Of a stretch of DNA of 24,000 nt, positions 8,725 to 15,470 are shown in pieces (positions within the stretch are counted from its first letter, which is position 1; each line of letters begins with the position of its first letter). The position numbers and the translations under genes are program-made. Below the pieces are notes generated by a model that saw only the letters and a program-made list of their open reading frames with translations, was not told the DNA's origin and searched no databases. This DNA comes from Synechococcus sp. A15-24 (GTDB taxonomy: Bacteria > Cyanobacteriota > Cyanobacteriia > PCC-6307 > Cyanobiaceae): NCBI RefSeq assembly GCF_014280195.1, contig NZ_CP047960.1, forward strand, positions 1,218,220-1,242,219. Reading direction: 5' to 3'.

Positions 8725-8904
8725 ATGATGGCTCGCTTCGGACTGAAAATGATCACGGATCACCTGCCACGCATCGGTCGGCGGCGCTCCGTGGTGCCAG
8801 CTGTTCCAACGCAAGAATCGCAGAACGCTCCGAAAATGGATTACTGGGCAATGGATTGCGCCGCCAATCCCTGGCGAAAGGGATGCCGCACCTACGACAG
8901 CTGA
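8725..8904 (+). CDS. hypothetical small protein (59 aa)
   Basis: Preceded by the SD-like GAGAGGA ending 1 nt before the ATG. Translation MMARFGLKMITDHLPRIGRRRSVVPAVPTQESQNAPKMDYWAMDCAANPWRKGCRTYDS. It is below the ORF-track cutoff. Confidence 0.4.
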   Translation: MMARFGLKMITDHLPRIGRRRSVVPAVPTQESQNAPKMDYWAMDCAANPWRKGCRTYDS

Positions 8905-8913
8905 GCGGTCGGA

Positions 8914-9777
8914 TCAACAAGCGGCGACCGGTTCGAGCATGGACCGGGTTCTCAGCGAGAAGCCCATCTGGAGCAGCCGTGCATTGGAGACACGTGCGTT
9001 GAACACCCTGGCCCCTGGACGATCGTGGTTGTCCCAGATCACAGGGGGGAGCCCTTCTTCATCGCAGAGTGCATTGGAGAGCTCGCGACGGCTGAGTTGA
9101 AGGTCATCCACGAGGTTGTAGATGCCCTGAAGTCTGCGCTGCAGGGCAAACTCAACCCCGCGAACGATGTCCTCCAGGTGCACCCAGGCATTGATGTGGT
9201 TGCCGTTCTTGGCCACCTGCTGCCCCGAGGCACTGCGAATGAACGATGGGATGTCTTTTCCGGGCCCGTAGATCCCCCCCAACCTCAGCACACAGGTCTG
9301 AATCGATGGAGTGTTGAGCCCAAGGACAGCATTTTCCGCCTGCACCAGTAGTTCGTTGGTGCTGTTGCTGAGATCCGGGGATGACAACTCCGTGGTGACG
9401 GCACCGCACTGATCGCCATAGACCCCAGCGCTGCTCAGGTAACTGACGTGAAGCGGACGTTGGCGAGGGCGCTCTCGGAGAGCTTTGACAATGGCAGGAA
9501 CCGCTTCGCCGTAAACCGCCCTGTACTGATCTTCCTCGTAGCTGGCCGTGGTCGGAGCCATGGCAATCAACACACCATCAAGGTCGTCGAAAACACTGAA
9601 GTCGGCGGCGGAATCACCAGCTCGAAGAATGCGGGGATGGTCGACCAGATCGCACAACTCAGCCAGACGAGCCGGGCCCGTGGTGGTGCCCGTCAGCTCG
9701 TAGCCCTGTGCGCGGAGGTGAAGGGCAACAGCAGAACCGACGTAACCACAACCCACCACTCCGAACCGACCTGACAT
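8914..9777 (-). CDS. NAD(P)-dependent epimerase/dehydratase-family (extended SDR) protein
   Basis: 287 aa. N-terminal Rossmann motif VVGCGYVGSAVA, with length and layout typical of SDR-type epimerases/reductases. The substrate is unknown. Confidence 0.7.
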   Translation of the reverse strand: MSGRFGVVGCGYVGSAVALHLRAQGYELTGTTTGPARLAELCDLVDHPRILRAGDSAADFSVFDDLDGVLIAMAPTTASYEEDQYRAVYGEAVPAIVKALRERPRQRPLHVSYLSSAGVYGDQCGAVTTELSSPDLSNSTNELLVQAENAVLGLNTPSIQTCVLRLGGIYGPGKDIPSFIRSASGQQVAKNGNHINAWVHLEDIVRGVEFALQRRLQGIYNLVDDLQLSRRELSNALCDEEGLPPVIWDNHDRPGARVFNARVSNARLLQMGFSLRTRSMLEPVAAC

Positions 9778-9858
9778 GACTTTTTTACCTGTGTTTACAT
9801 AACGTAACGATTCATGGGGCAGTGTGTTGTAAGAACCGCTGCAGCCTCTGTTGTTGGC

Positions 9859-10212
9859 TCAAAACAGCAGTTGCAGCAATCCGATTGTGACCAGGGCCAG
9901 TGCAACGGCAACAGCCAGCCCCCCCAGCAGCAGAACAACACCCGCCACAAAACCGATCCGCGCTGCCGTTTGGGGAAACAGTAGATAAAAGCTGAGGCCG
10001 AATGCCACGGGCCACAGCGGTGGCAACAGAACGCAAACGGCTGTGAGCAGGGTTAATCGATGGCGACGGCTGCGATCCTGTTCCTGGGACAGCTGAATCC
10101 GCTGGTTCTGACGATCGAGTTCCGCCTGTTCCTCGTCGCTCAGCCAGCGACCCCGTTGACGGGCGGCCTCAAGATCCTGGGCCGGATTGTTCGGGATGGA
10201 TCCCTTAGTCAT
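9859..10212 (-). CDS. hypothetical membrane protein
   Basis: 117 aa. A charged N-terminal half (EEQAELDRQNQRIQLSQEQDR) is followed by two or three hydrophobic helices (LTLLTAVCVLLPPLWPVAFGLSFYLLF, FVAGVVLLLGGLAVAVALALVTIGLL). Confidence 0.55.
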   Translation of the reverse strand: MTKGSIPNNPAQDLEAARQRGRWLSDEEQAELDRQNQRIQLSQEQDRSRRHRLTLLTAVCVLLPPLWPVAFGLSFYLLFPQTAARIGFVAGVVLLLGGLAVAVALALVTIGLLQLLF

Positions 10213-10241
10213 GGCGTCAGCGTAGGAAGCCGTGACAGCGC

Positions 10242-10634
10242 CTACGGCCCACTGAGTTGCTGGAATAGGGAACGACGGTCCTGCTCCAACTCAATCTGAA
10301 TGGTGCGCGCCACCGCCTGAGGATCACTAAGAACCGCGTCATGGGTGAACCGCAGCGTGCGCAGATGGCGACTGAGGAGACGATCACGGTTGTAATCCTT
10401 GTCGCGGCGTTTGGTTTTGTTGTGGCGAGCTCCGTCAATTTCCACATTGAGCAGCCCATGGGGGGAGATCACCAGCAGATCCAGGGTGCGACGGGTGCCT
10501 GTTGCACCCTCAGGAATGCAGATGTGCACCTCAAAACTGAACAGAAGTCCGGCAGCTTCGAGGGCCTCACACAGCCGCACATGACCCTCTGACTGAAGAT
10601 CAACCCCCTTGAACCTCTGCTCCCACTCAGCCAT
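10242..10634 (-). CDS. DUF559 / Vsr-like restriction-endonuclease-fold protein
   Basis: 130 aa. The pattern D-L-L-V...N-V-E-I-D-G-A-R-H...D..R...L...LRF matches the DUF559 (PD-(D/E)xK-like) signature. Confidence 0.6.
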   Translation of the reverse strand: MAEWEQRFKGVDLQSEGHVRLCEALEAAGLLFSFEVHICIPEGATGTRRTLDLLVISPHGLLNVEIDGARHNKTKRRDKDYNRDRLLSRHLRTLRFTHDAVLSDPQAVARTIQIELEQDRRSLFQQLSGP

Positions 10635-10643
10635 GCCTGCAGT

Positions 10644-10805
10644 TCAGCGGTTCACCAGCCGTGCATGCAATGCACACACCTTGACCGCCTTGGCAGGTGG
10701 CGCCTGACAGAGAGCGCCCAGCTCCTGGTTCAGCTGCTGAAACAAGCCAACGTCCGCCCCGGGCAGAGACGAAAGCGCAGACAAGAAGCCGACCATCGCC
10801 ACCAT
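10644..10805 (-). CDS. hypothetical small protein (53 aa) immediately upstream of the DUF559 gene
   Basis: Hand-translated as MVAMVGFLSALSSLPGADVGLFQQLNQELGALCQAPPAKAVKVCALHARLVNR. Its stop lies 9 nt before the DUF559 ATG. Confidence 0.3.
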   Translation of the reverse strand: MVAMVGFLSALSSLPGADVGLFQQLNQELGALCQAPPAKAVKVCALHARLVNR

Positions 10806-10844
10806 CACCACAGCATCACCCTCCGATCCAATCTTGAGACAAGA

Positions 10845-11054
10845 TTAAGACCCTGAAGCTGGAGGGTTGCCCTGAGGCTGATCCACCTCATCCAGTTGCA
10901 CCACTCCCTTGAGCGTGCCGAGGTGCAGCATCAATCCGGCACGCCAGGCCGCATCGGCATCAGCCGCTTCGACGCGCTCGGTGTTGAGCACGCCATTGCA
11001 ATCAAGGATTAGATCAAACAGAGGCGGCATGCCGGGGAGATGCAGTGTCCCCAT
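10845..11054 (-). CDS. hypothetical protein (69 aa)
   Basis: ATG ORF with protein-like composition (PPLFDLILDCNGVLNTERVEAADADAAWRAGLMLHLGTLKGVVQLDE). No motif. Confidence 0.4.
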   Translation of the reverse strand: MGTLHLPGMPPLFDLILDCNGVLNTERVEAADADAAWRAGLMLHLGTLKGVVQLDEVDQPQGNPPASGS

Positions 11055-11117
11055 TCAGGCGAAACCATGATGACGACACATACCCCAACTGAGGGATTTT
11101 GAATTCAACCGAAGGTC

Positions 11118-11231
11118 TCAGGCCTGGGATGCGAGAACGGAAAGCGCTGCTAACACCGCGACAGAGACGACGATGAACGACAGACCCATCGCAATCTCAT
11201 TGCTGCGCTTGATGTCTTGATAGCTGCGCAT
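11118..11231 (-). CDS. possible single-pass membrane peptide (37 aa)
   Basis: Hand-translated as MRSYQDIKRSNEIAMGLSFIVVSVAVLAALSVLASQA: a charged head followed by one hydrophobic helix. Confidence 0.25.
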   Translation of the reverse strand: MRSYQDIKRSNEIAMGLSFIVVSVAVLAALSVLASQA

Positions 11232-11971
11232 GACCCGATTGCGTGGATCGCCAAGCTAAGGGCGTAGTCACAAACCAAGCGAATGGGTCAATAGATCTTG
11301 ATGTCGACGAGACGTTTCTTTATGTCCATGAGAACAAGGACCTGACTCGAGCTCAATCCATTCCAGGACCAACGCATGCAGGCAAGCGAGAGCACTCCTC
11401 TGCTCCTGAGAGCCGGCGGGTGTGTACTTGAAATCCATGAACGCCCGGTCAGCCAGCGGTCGTTGCTGGAGGCAGCGATCCTGAATAGACATCAACTTTG
11501 GGGCTGCCCCGAACCTGAGAGGCGCGAGATCCAAAGCACCATGCTGGCGGCGGAAAAGGCGCCAAAAATGGTTAGAAGCAGCTGCGTAGACATCTCGCTG
11601 AGGCGCGCTTTCAGCGCAACCGTGAACTTCTTCACAAAACTACACGCGCTGATCCTGCTGTGTGGGCACGTCCATCAGTCGAGCGCGAACAGCCGTGCGC
11701 GAGCAGCAGCACCAATCACCGATGTGTCATGTTGAAGTGGTGAAGCAGGTCTGTTCAGGCCTGTGAGCTGAGCAACCCTGATAACGCAGGCGAGCGAGAA
11801 CCCGATAACCCTGTTTTGAACCCAATGAAGAAACACACCGCACGGCGTGCCGCAAACTTGACTGCGCGCAAGAGCGCAACCCCGAAGCACCCTCCTTCCA
11901 ACCAGCTCAAAACCTCTCCCCAACTCATCAGCTGGGAAGAGGTCATCGGCAAGCGCTGAACCGAGCTGAAA

Positions 11972-12217
11972 TCAGCGGCGGGGTTCGGCCTGACGAACTG
12001 TGATCCCGCGTCCCATCCACTCGACGTCCTGCAGGTCGTCGATGGCGGACTTTTCATCCGCAGCATTGGCAAGGTCGACAAAGGCAAAGCCACGCTTTCG
12101 GCCGGTCTCCCGATCCAAAGGCAGCGAACACTTGCTGACCTCGCCGTACTGGCTGAACAGATGAACGAGGTCTTCTCTCTCAGCGTCCCAGGAGAGATTG
12201 CCAATGAAAATCGTCAA
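11972..12217 (-). CDS. RRM-type RNA-binding protein (cyanobacterial Rbp family)
   Basis: RNP2 IFIGNL and RNP1 KRGFAFVD motifs, and the typical short Rbp length. There is no in-frame ATG. The best start is TTG at 12217, giving MTIFIGNLSW; the ORF track's alternative is TTG at 12229. Confidence 0.85.
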   Translation of the reverse strand: MTIFIGNLSWDAEREDLVHLFSQYGEVSKCSLPLDRETGRKRGFAFVDLANAADEKSAIDDLQDVEWMGRGITVRQAEPRR

Positions 12218-12275
12218 AAAAAAGGCCAAAACCGTACTAACTCACCATCGCATACAGCCGTACCTTGAATGCCAC

Positions 12276-12545
12276 TCATCCAGCAGGCTCAGTAGGCGGT
12301 GGCAGTGACAGAACGAATGTCAGCAGAGCTGAAGCAAGACGTGCGTCGCCCTCAAGTACTAAGAGACGGTGCACGTCCATCGCTTGACCAAGGTCCGGCG
12401 TCGCCGATCCGTTGATCAGACCACGCGCTTTGCTGCGGGCGATCACGTGCTGGAGCGACATGGTCATGACTCCAAGCTGGCTTATCTGAAACCAAAGCCC
12501 TTCAGGTCTTCCACATTGCAGCGGTATTGGGCCAAAACCAGGCAT
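12276..12545 (-). CDS. hypothetical protein (89 aa) starting 3 nt beyond repeat copy 1
   Basis: This is the non-repeat part of ORF-track 12276..12767. The ATG at 12545 gives MPGFGPIPLQCGRPEGLWFQISQLGVMTMSLQHVIARSKARGLINGSATPDLGQAMDVHRLLVLEGDARLASALL... No motif, and internal ATGs at 12467/12461 are alternative starts. Confidence 0.3.
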   Translation of the reverse strand: MPGFGPIPLQCGRPEGLWFQISQLGVMTMSLQHVIARSKARGLINGSATPDLGQAMDVHRLLVLEGDARLASALLTFVLSLPPPTEPAG

Positions 12546-12547
12546 GG

Positions 12548-13010
12548 GCACGCCATTTCCAACATCGGTGGGCGCTGCCCCAGAGGCAATGCGCCTTAAC
12601 ACCGATTGCCGGATGTGCTCCACGCGACCAACACTGTGGTCATCGAGATCGGAGGTGCCCATGACGGCCGACACTCCACCTGAGCAACACCCAGAAGCTG
12701 CCTGACTGACTCGGCTCCTGCTCCAACAGTTTCCACACATCCGTAAGGCTCGTCCTTTGGCAGGCATTCCTTGAGCGCCACGTCAATCGACACTCCATTG
12801 CACCGTCCTCAGGTGCCCAGGAGTCCACAAGCCTTCACAACTGGACCCCATGGCCCCAGGCGCCATCCAGCCAGACGCTTCGACCGTTTCTTCAGTCCCT
12901 TTGCTTGAGGTTCCAACTCACTGAAGCATTACTGATCAGGTCGATTGCTATGCACAAACGAGCGAGATAGGCCGTCCTTCCCATCCGGGAGGGGCGGCCT
13001 TCCCCTTGTT
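12548..13010. repeat. 463-bp direct repeat, copy 1 (left boundary of the OCP cassette)
   Basis: Base-by-base alignment with 16690-17152 shows the same orientation, no indels and 5 substitutions (12558, 12737, 12766, 12808, 12920). Homology ends abruptly at both edges. There are no plus-strand ORFs of 60 aa or more, and the minus strand has only mutually overlapping ORFs in all three frames. Confidence 0.95.
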
Positions 13011-13099
13011 GGGTGCATGGATCAAATCAATAGAAGGCCTGTTGTTTGGCGCTTTTCGATCCTTGGACTGTTCACCCTGGATGTAGTTGCAGCGAAGCC

Positions 13100-13294
13100 A
13101 TGGGTGGATTGAGTGGCACCAAATCGGACGACTTCATCAACGCCGCCAAAGCACGTGCTGAGGCCGCCATTCAAGACAACCAGCCAAAGCTGACCAAACT
13201 GGAAAAGGCTTTCCGCCATGCCGCCCTGCGGCGCCGGGCCCAGGATGCCCGCAGGGCTGCTGACGACCATCGCGCCAAACCCAACACTCCATAA
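13100..13294 (+). CDS. hypothetical small basic protein (64 aa) upstream of ocp
   Basis: ORF-track 13046..13294 (TTG start) trimmed to the ATG at 13100: MGGLSGTKSDDFINAAKARAEAAIQDNQPKLTKLEKAFRHAALRRRAQDARRAADDHRAKPNTP. Predicted helical and Lys/Arg-rich. No motif. Confidence 0.4.
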   Translation: MGGLSGTKSDDFINAAKARAEAAIQDNQPKLTKLEKAFRHAALRRRAQDARRAADDHRAKPNTP

Positions 13295-13385
13295 CAGATC
13301 AGAGCGACATCCGCAGGCCCTGAGCCCAATCCAGCGTGAACTCGAAACATAGTGTTACGGTTCGAAGGCTCTGTGTCCCCTGCGG

Positions 13386-14342
13386 ATGTTCACGCTCGAC
13401 AAAGCTCGTCAGATCTTCCCAGACACGTTGAGCGCTGGTGCAGTCCCGGCCATCACAGCCCGCTTCAAGCTGCTGAGCGCAGAGGACCAGTTGGCACTTA
13501 TCTGGTTTGCCTATCTGGAAATGGGGAAGACCATCACCGTGGCGGCACCGGGTGCGGCCCGCATGGCGCTGGCACAGCCGACGATGGATGAAATTCTGGC
13601 GATGAGCTTTGACGAGCAGACCAAGGTGATGTGCGATTTGGCTTCCAAGATCAACAGCCCGATTTCGGCGCGCTACGCCTACTGGTCGGTGAACGTGAAG
13701 CTGTGCTTCTGGTACGAGCTGGGCGAATTCATGCGCCAGGGCAAGGTGGCTCCGATTCCTCAGGGGTACAGGTTGTCCGCAAACGCCAACTCGGTGCTGG
13801 AGGCCGTCAAGAAAGTTGAGCAGGGCCAACAGATCACCCTGCTGCGCAACTTCGTGGTCGACATGGGCTACGACCCCGATGTGGACGACAGCCAGGTGGT
13901 CACCGAGCCGATCGTGGCTCCGACACCGGTTGATCAACGCGAGGAGATTCTGATCCCCGGCGTGCTGAATCAGACCATCCTCAGCTACATGCAGCTGCTC
14001 AATGCCAACGACTTTGATCAGCTGATCGATCTGTTTCTCAACGATGGTGCTCTGCAGCCCCCGTTCCAGCGTCCCATTGTCGGCCGCGACGCCATCCAGA
14101 AATTCTTCAAGCGGGATTGTCAGAACCTGAAGTTGATGCCCCAGGGCGGTTATGGCGAGCCGACCGAAGGTGGCTTCAATCAGATCAAGGTCACCGGCAA
14201 GGTGCAGACCCCCTGGTTCGGTCGTGAGGTGGGCATGAACGTGGCTTGGCGCTTCCTTCTGGATGAAAACGACAAAATCTATTTCGTGGCCATCGACTTG
14301 CTGGCATCTCCAGCCGAGTTGCTCAAGCTGGGTGGCAAATGA
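13386..14342 (+). CDS. ocp: orange carotenoid protein (full length: N-terminal carotenoid-binding domain plus NTF2-like C-terminal domain)
   Basis: 318 aa, collinear with Synechocystis Slr1963 as I recall it. Shared blocks: EDQLALIWFAYLEMGKT, MCDLA, GYRLSANAN, GQQITLLRN.VVDMG, LNANDFD.LI.LF..DGALQPPFQRPIVG, CQNLKL.P, QIKVTGKVQTPWFG..VGMN.AWRFLL, FVAIDLLASP. Confidence 0.97.
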   Translation: MFTLDKARQIFPDTLSAGAVPAITARFKLLSAEDQLALIWFAYLEMGKTITVAAPGAARMALAQPTMDEILAMSFDEQTKVMCDLASKINSPISARYAYWSVNVKLCFWYELGEFMRQGKVAPIPQGYRLSANANSVLEAVKKVEQGQQITLLRNFVVDMGYDPDVDDSQVVTEPIVAPTPVDQREEILIPGVLNQTILSYMQLLNANDFDQLIDLFLNDGALQPPFQRPIVGRDAIQKFFKRDCQNLKLMPQGGYGEPTEGGFNQIKVTGKVQTPWFGREVGMNVAWRFLLDENDKIYFVAIDLLASPAELLKLGGK

Positions 14343-15066
14343 GTTCAGCCCTCAGGCCCGCAAAGGGTTGGTTCTGGCTGGTCTGATTGGATCCGCCTGG
14401 CTGCTCTCCCTGGGCCTGAGCTACACCCTGCCACTCGATCAGACGCCTGGGCTGTTGATTGGCAGCTTGATTCTGCTGAGGGCCTTTCTGCATACCGGGC
14501 TGTTCATCGTTGCCCACGATTCCATGCACGCCAGTCTTGTTCCGGGTCATCCCGGATTGAACAGCTGGATCGGCAAAGTTTGTTTAATGATGTATGCAGG
14601 CTTGTCTTATGAGCGTTGTTCCCGCAACCACATACGTCATCACCTGGCACCGGAAACGTTCCAGGATCCTGACTACCAATGTTGCACGAAAAACAACATC
14701 CTGGATTGGTATGTTCACTTTATGGGCAACTATCTGGGTGGCCAACAACTGTTGAATTTAAGTTTTCTTTGGCTGACACTTGTCATTCTCAACGGTTCTG
14801 ATCTCCCTGTTCAGATCATGCATCTGCTGTTGTTCAGCGTTCTGCCACTGATCATCAGTTCCTGTCAATTGTTTCTAGTGGGAACCTGGTTACCCCACCG
14901 ACGTGGGGCCACGACACGACCGGGCGTGACAACGCGCAGCCTGGCCTTGCATCCAGCACTATCTTTCGCAGCTTGTTACCACTTTGGCTATCATCGCGAA
15001 CATCATGAATCGCCTTCCACTCCCTGGTTTCAGCTGCCACAACTCCGAAGTGAATCATTCATTTGA
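14332..15066 (+). CDS. crtW: beta-carotene ketolase CrtW
   Basis: Three His boxes of the CrtW/fatty-acid-desaturase type (HDSMH, HIRHH, HREHH) plus hydrophobic segments. The ORF track starts at ATG 14263, 80 nt inside ocp. I prefer the in-frame GTG at 14332 (MANEFSPQARKG...), which overlaps the ocp stop by 11 nt. The start is uncertain. Confidence 0.9.
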   Translation: MANEFSPQARKGLVLAGLIGSAWLLSLGLSYTLPLDQTPGLLIGSLILLRAFLHTGLFIVAHDSMHASLVPGHPGLNSWIGKVCLMMYAGLSYERCSRNHIRHHLAPETFQDPDYQCCTKNNILDWYVHFMGNYLGGQQLLNLSFLWLTLVILNGSDLPVQIMHLLLFSVLPLIISSCQLFLVGTWLPHRRGATTRPGVTTRSLALHPALSFAACYHFGYHREHHESPSTPWFQLPQLRSESFI

Positions 15067-15111
15067 CCATTTCTGACCAACGCTGATTTCCTCCTCACCG
15101 CTTTCCCCTTC

Positions 15112-15432
15112 ATGTCGGCAACAGACTGGACATCCGAAGAACAGGCCGTTGCCCGCACTGCCTTCGAACTTGGCAAACATCGTTCAATCACGGCTTTGAT
15201 TTCAACTCTGCAGGAGCAATCCAGCAACCTTGATACACCGGAATCGGTCTGGAAGCTGCATGACCACCTCAGCACTGAGCGCTATCTGTATGAAGGGCGC
15301 GCTGAGTTTGACGAAGGTAATGTGTTGTTCGTGTTAGCCGACATGATCAAACAACGTTTGATCGCTTTGGATGATCTGCAAGGGTTGGATCAAACTAAAG
15401 TGATCAAAGTCAAAGCGATGTCGATGTTCTGA
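15112..15432 (+). CDS. frp: fluorescence recovery protein FRP
   Basis: 106 aa and helical. The WKLHDHLS...R motif and overall pattern resemble Synechocystis Slr1964. The position directly after ocp-crtW is canonical. Confidence 0.9.
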   Translation: MSATDWTSEEQAVARTAFELGKHRSITALISTLQEQSSNLDTPESVWKLHDHLSTERYLYEGRAEFDEGNVLFVLADMIKQRLIALDDLQGLDQTKVIKVKAMSMF

Positions 15433-15470
15433 TCGACACGCAGAGATGTGATCAGAACCACCAGGCAACT

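Noticed and set aside
11243-11960. Competing ORFs on both strands (11376..11735 plus, 11268..11534 minus, 11675..11923 minus)
   Set aside because: None has a motif, a convincing start or a clearly protein-like composition. I left the interval unannotated rather than guess. 11268..11492 minus is the least implausible.
11755-12204. 149-aa minus-strand ORF overlapping the RRM gene
   Set aside because: It is an alternative frame of the clearly coding Rbp gene. The 3' extension into 11755-11970 has no support.
12596-12828. ORFs inside the repeat (12596..12793, 12640..12828, the repeat part of 12276..12767, and their twins 16738..16935, 16782..16970, 16661..16882)
   Set aside because: The three frames are mutually overlapping, carry no motif, and use TTG/ATG starts without context. 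They are duplicated only because the DNA is duplicated. I treated the unit as non-coding, but a decayed gene fragment cannot be excluded without a database search.
12548-13010. The repeat as a known RNA class (cobalamin riboswitch, tmRNA, RNase P RNA, SRP RNA) or a tRNA-derived att site
   Set aside because: I looked for the B12 box, the RNase P GAGGAAAGTCCGGGC core, a tRNA-like T-arm/CCA end, a tag-peptide frame and the SRP GGAAGCAGCC motif. Only partial, wrongly ordered resemblances appeared (AGTCAGTCAGGCAGC, ..AACTGT..). There is no support for any of these classes.
13299-13937. 212-aa minus-strand ORF opposite ocp
   Set aside because: It is antisense to an unambiguous OCP gene. Its His/Arg/Leu/Val-rich composition is typical of shadow ORFs in high-GC coding DNA.
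14263-14331. ATG at 14263 as the crtW start
   Set aside because: It would place 80 nt of crtW inside the ocp C-terminal coding region and add a non-homologous N-terminal extension. The GTG at 14332 gives an N-terminus of normal CrtW length. Neither option is verifiable from sequence alone.
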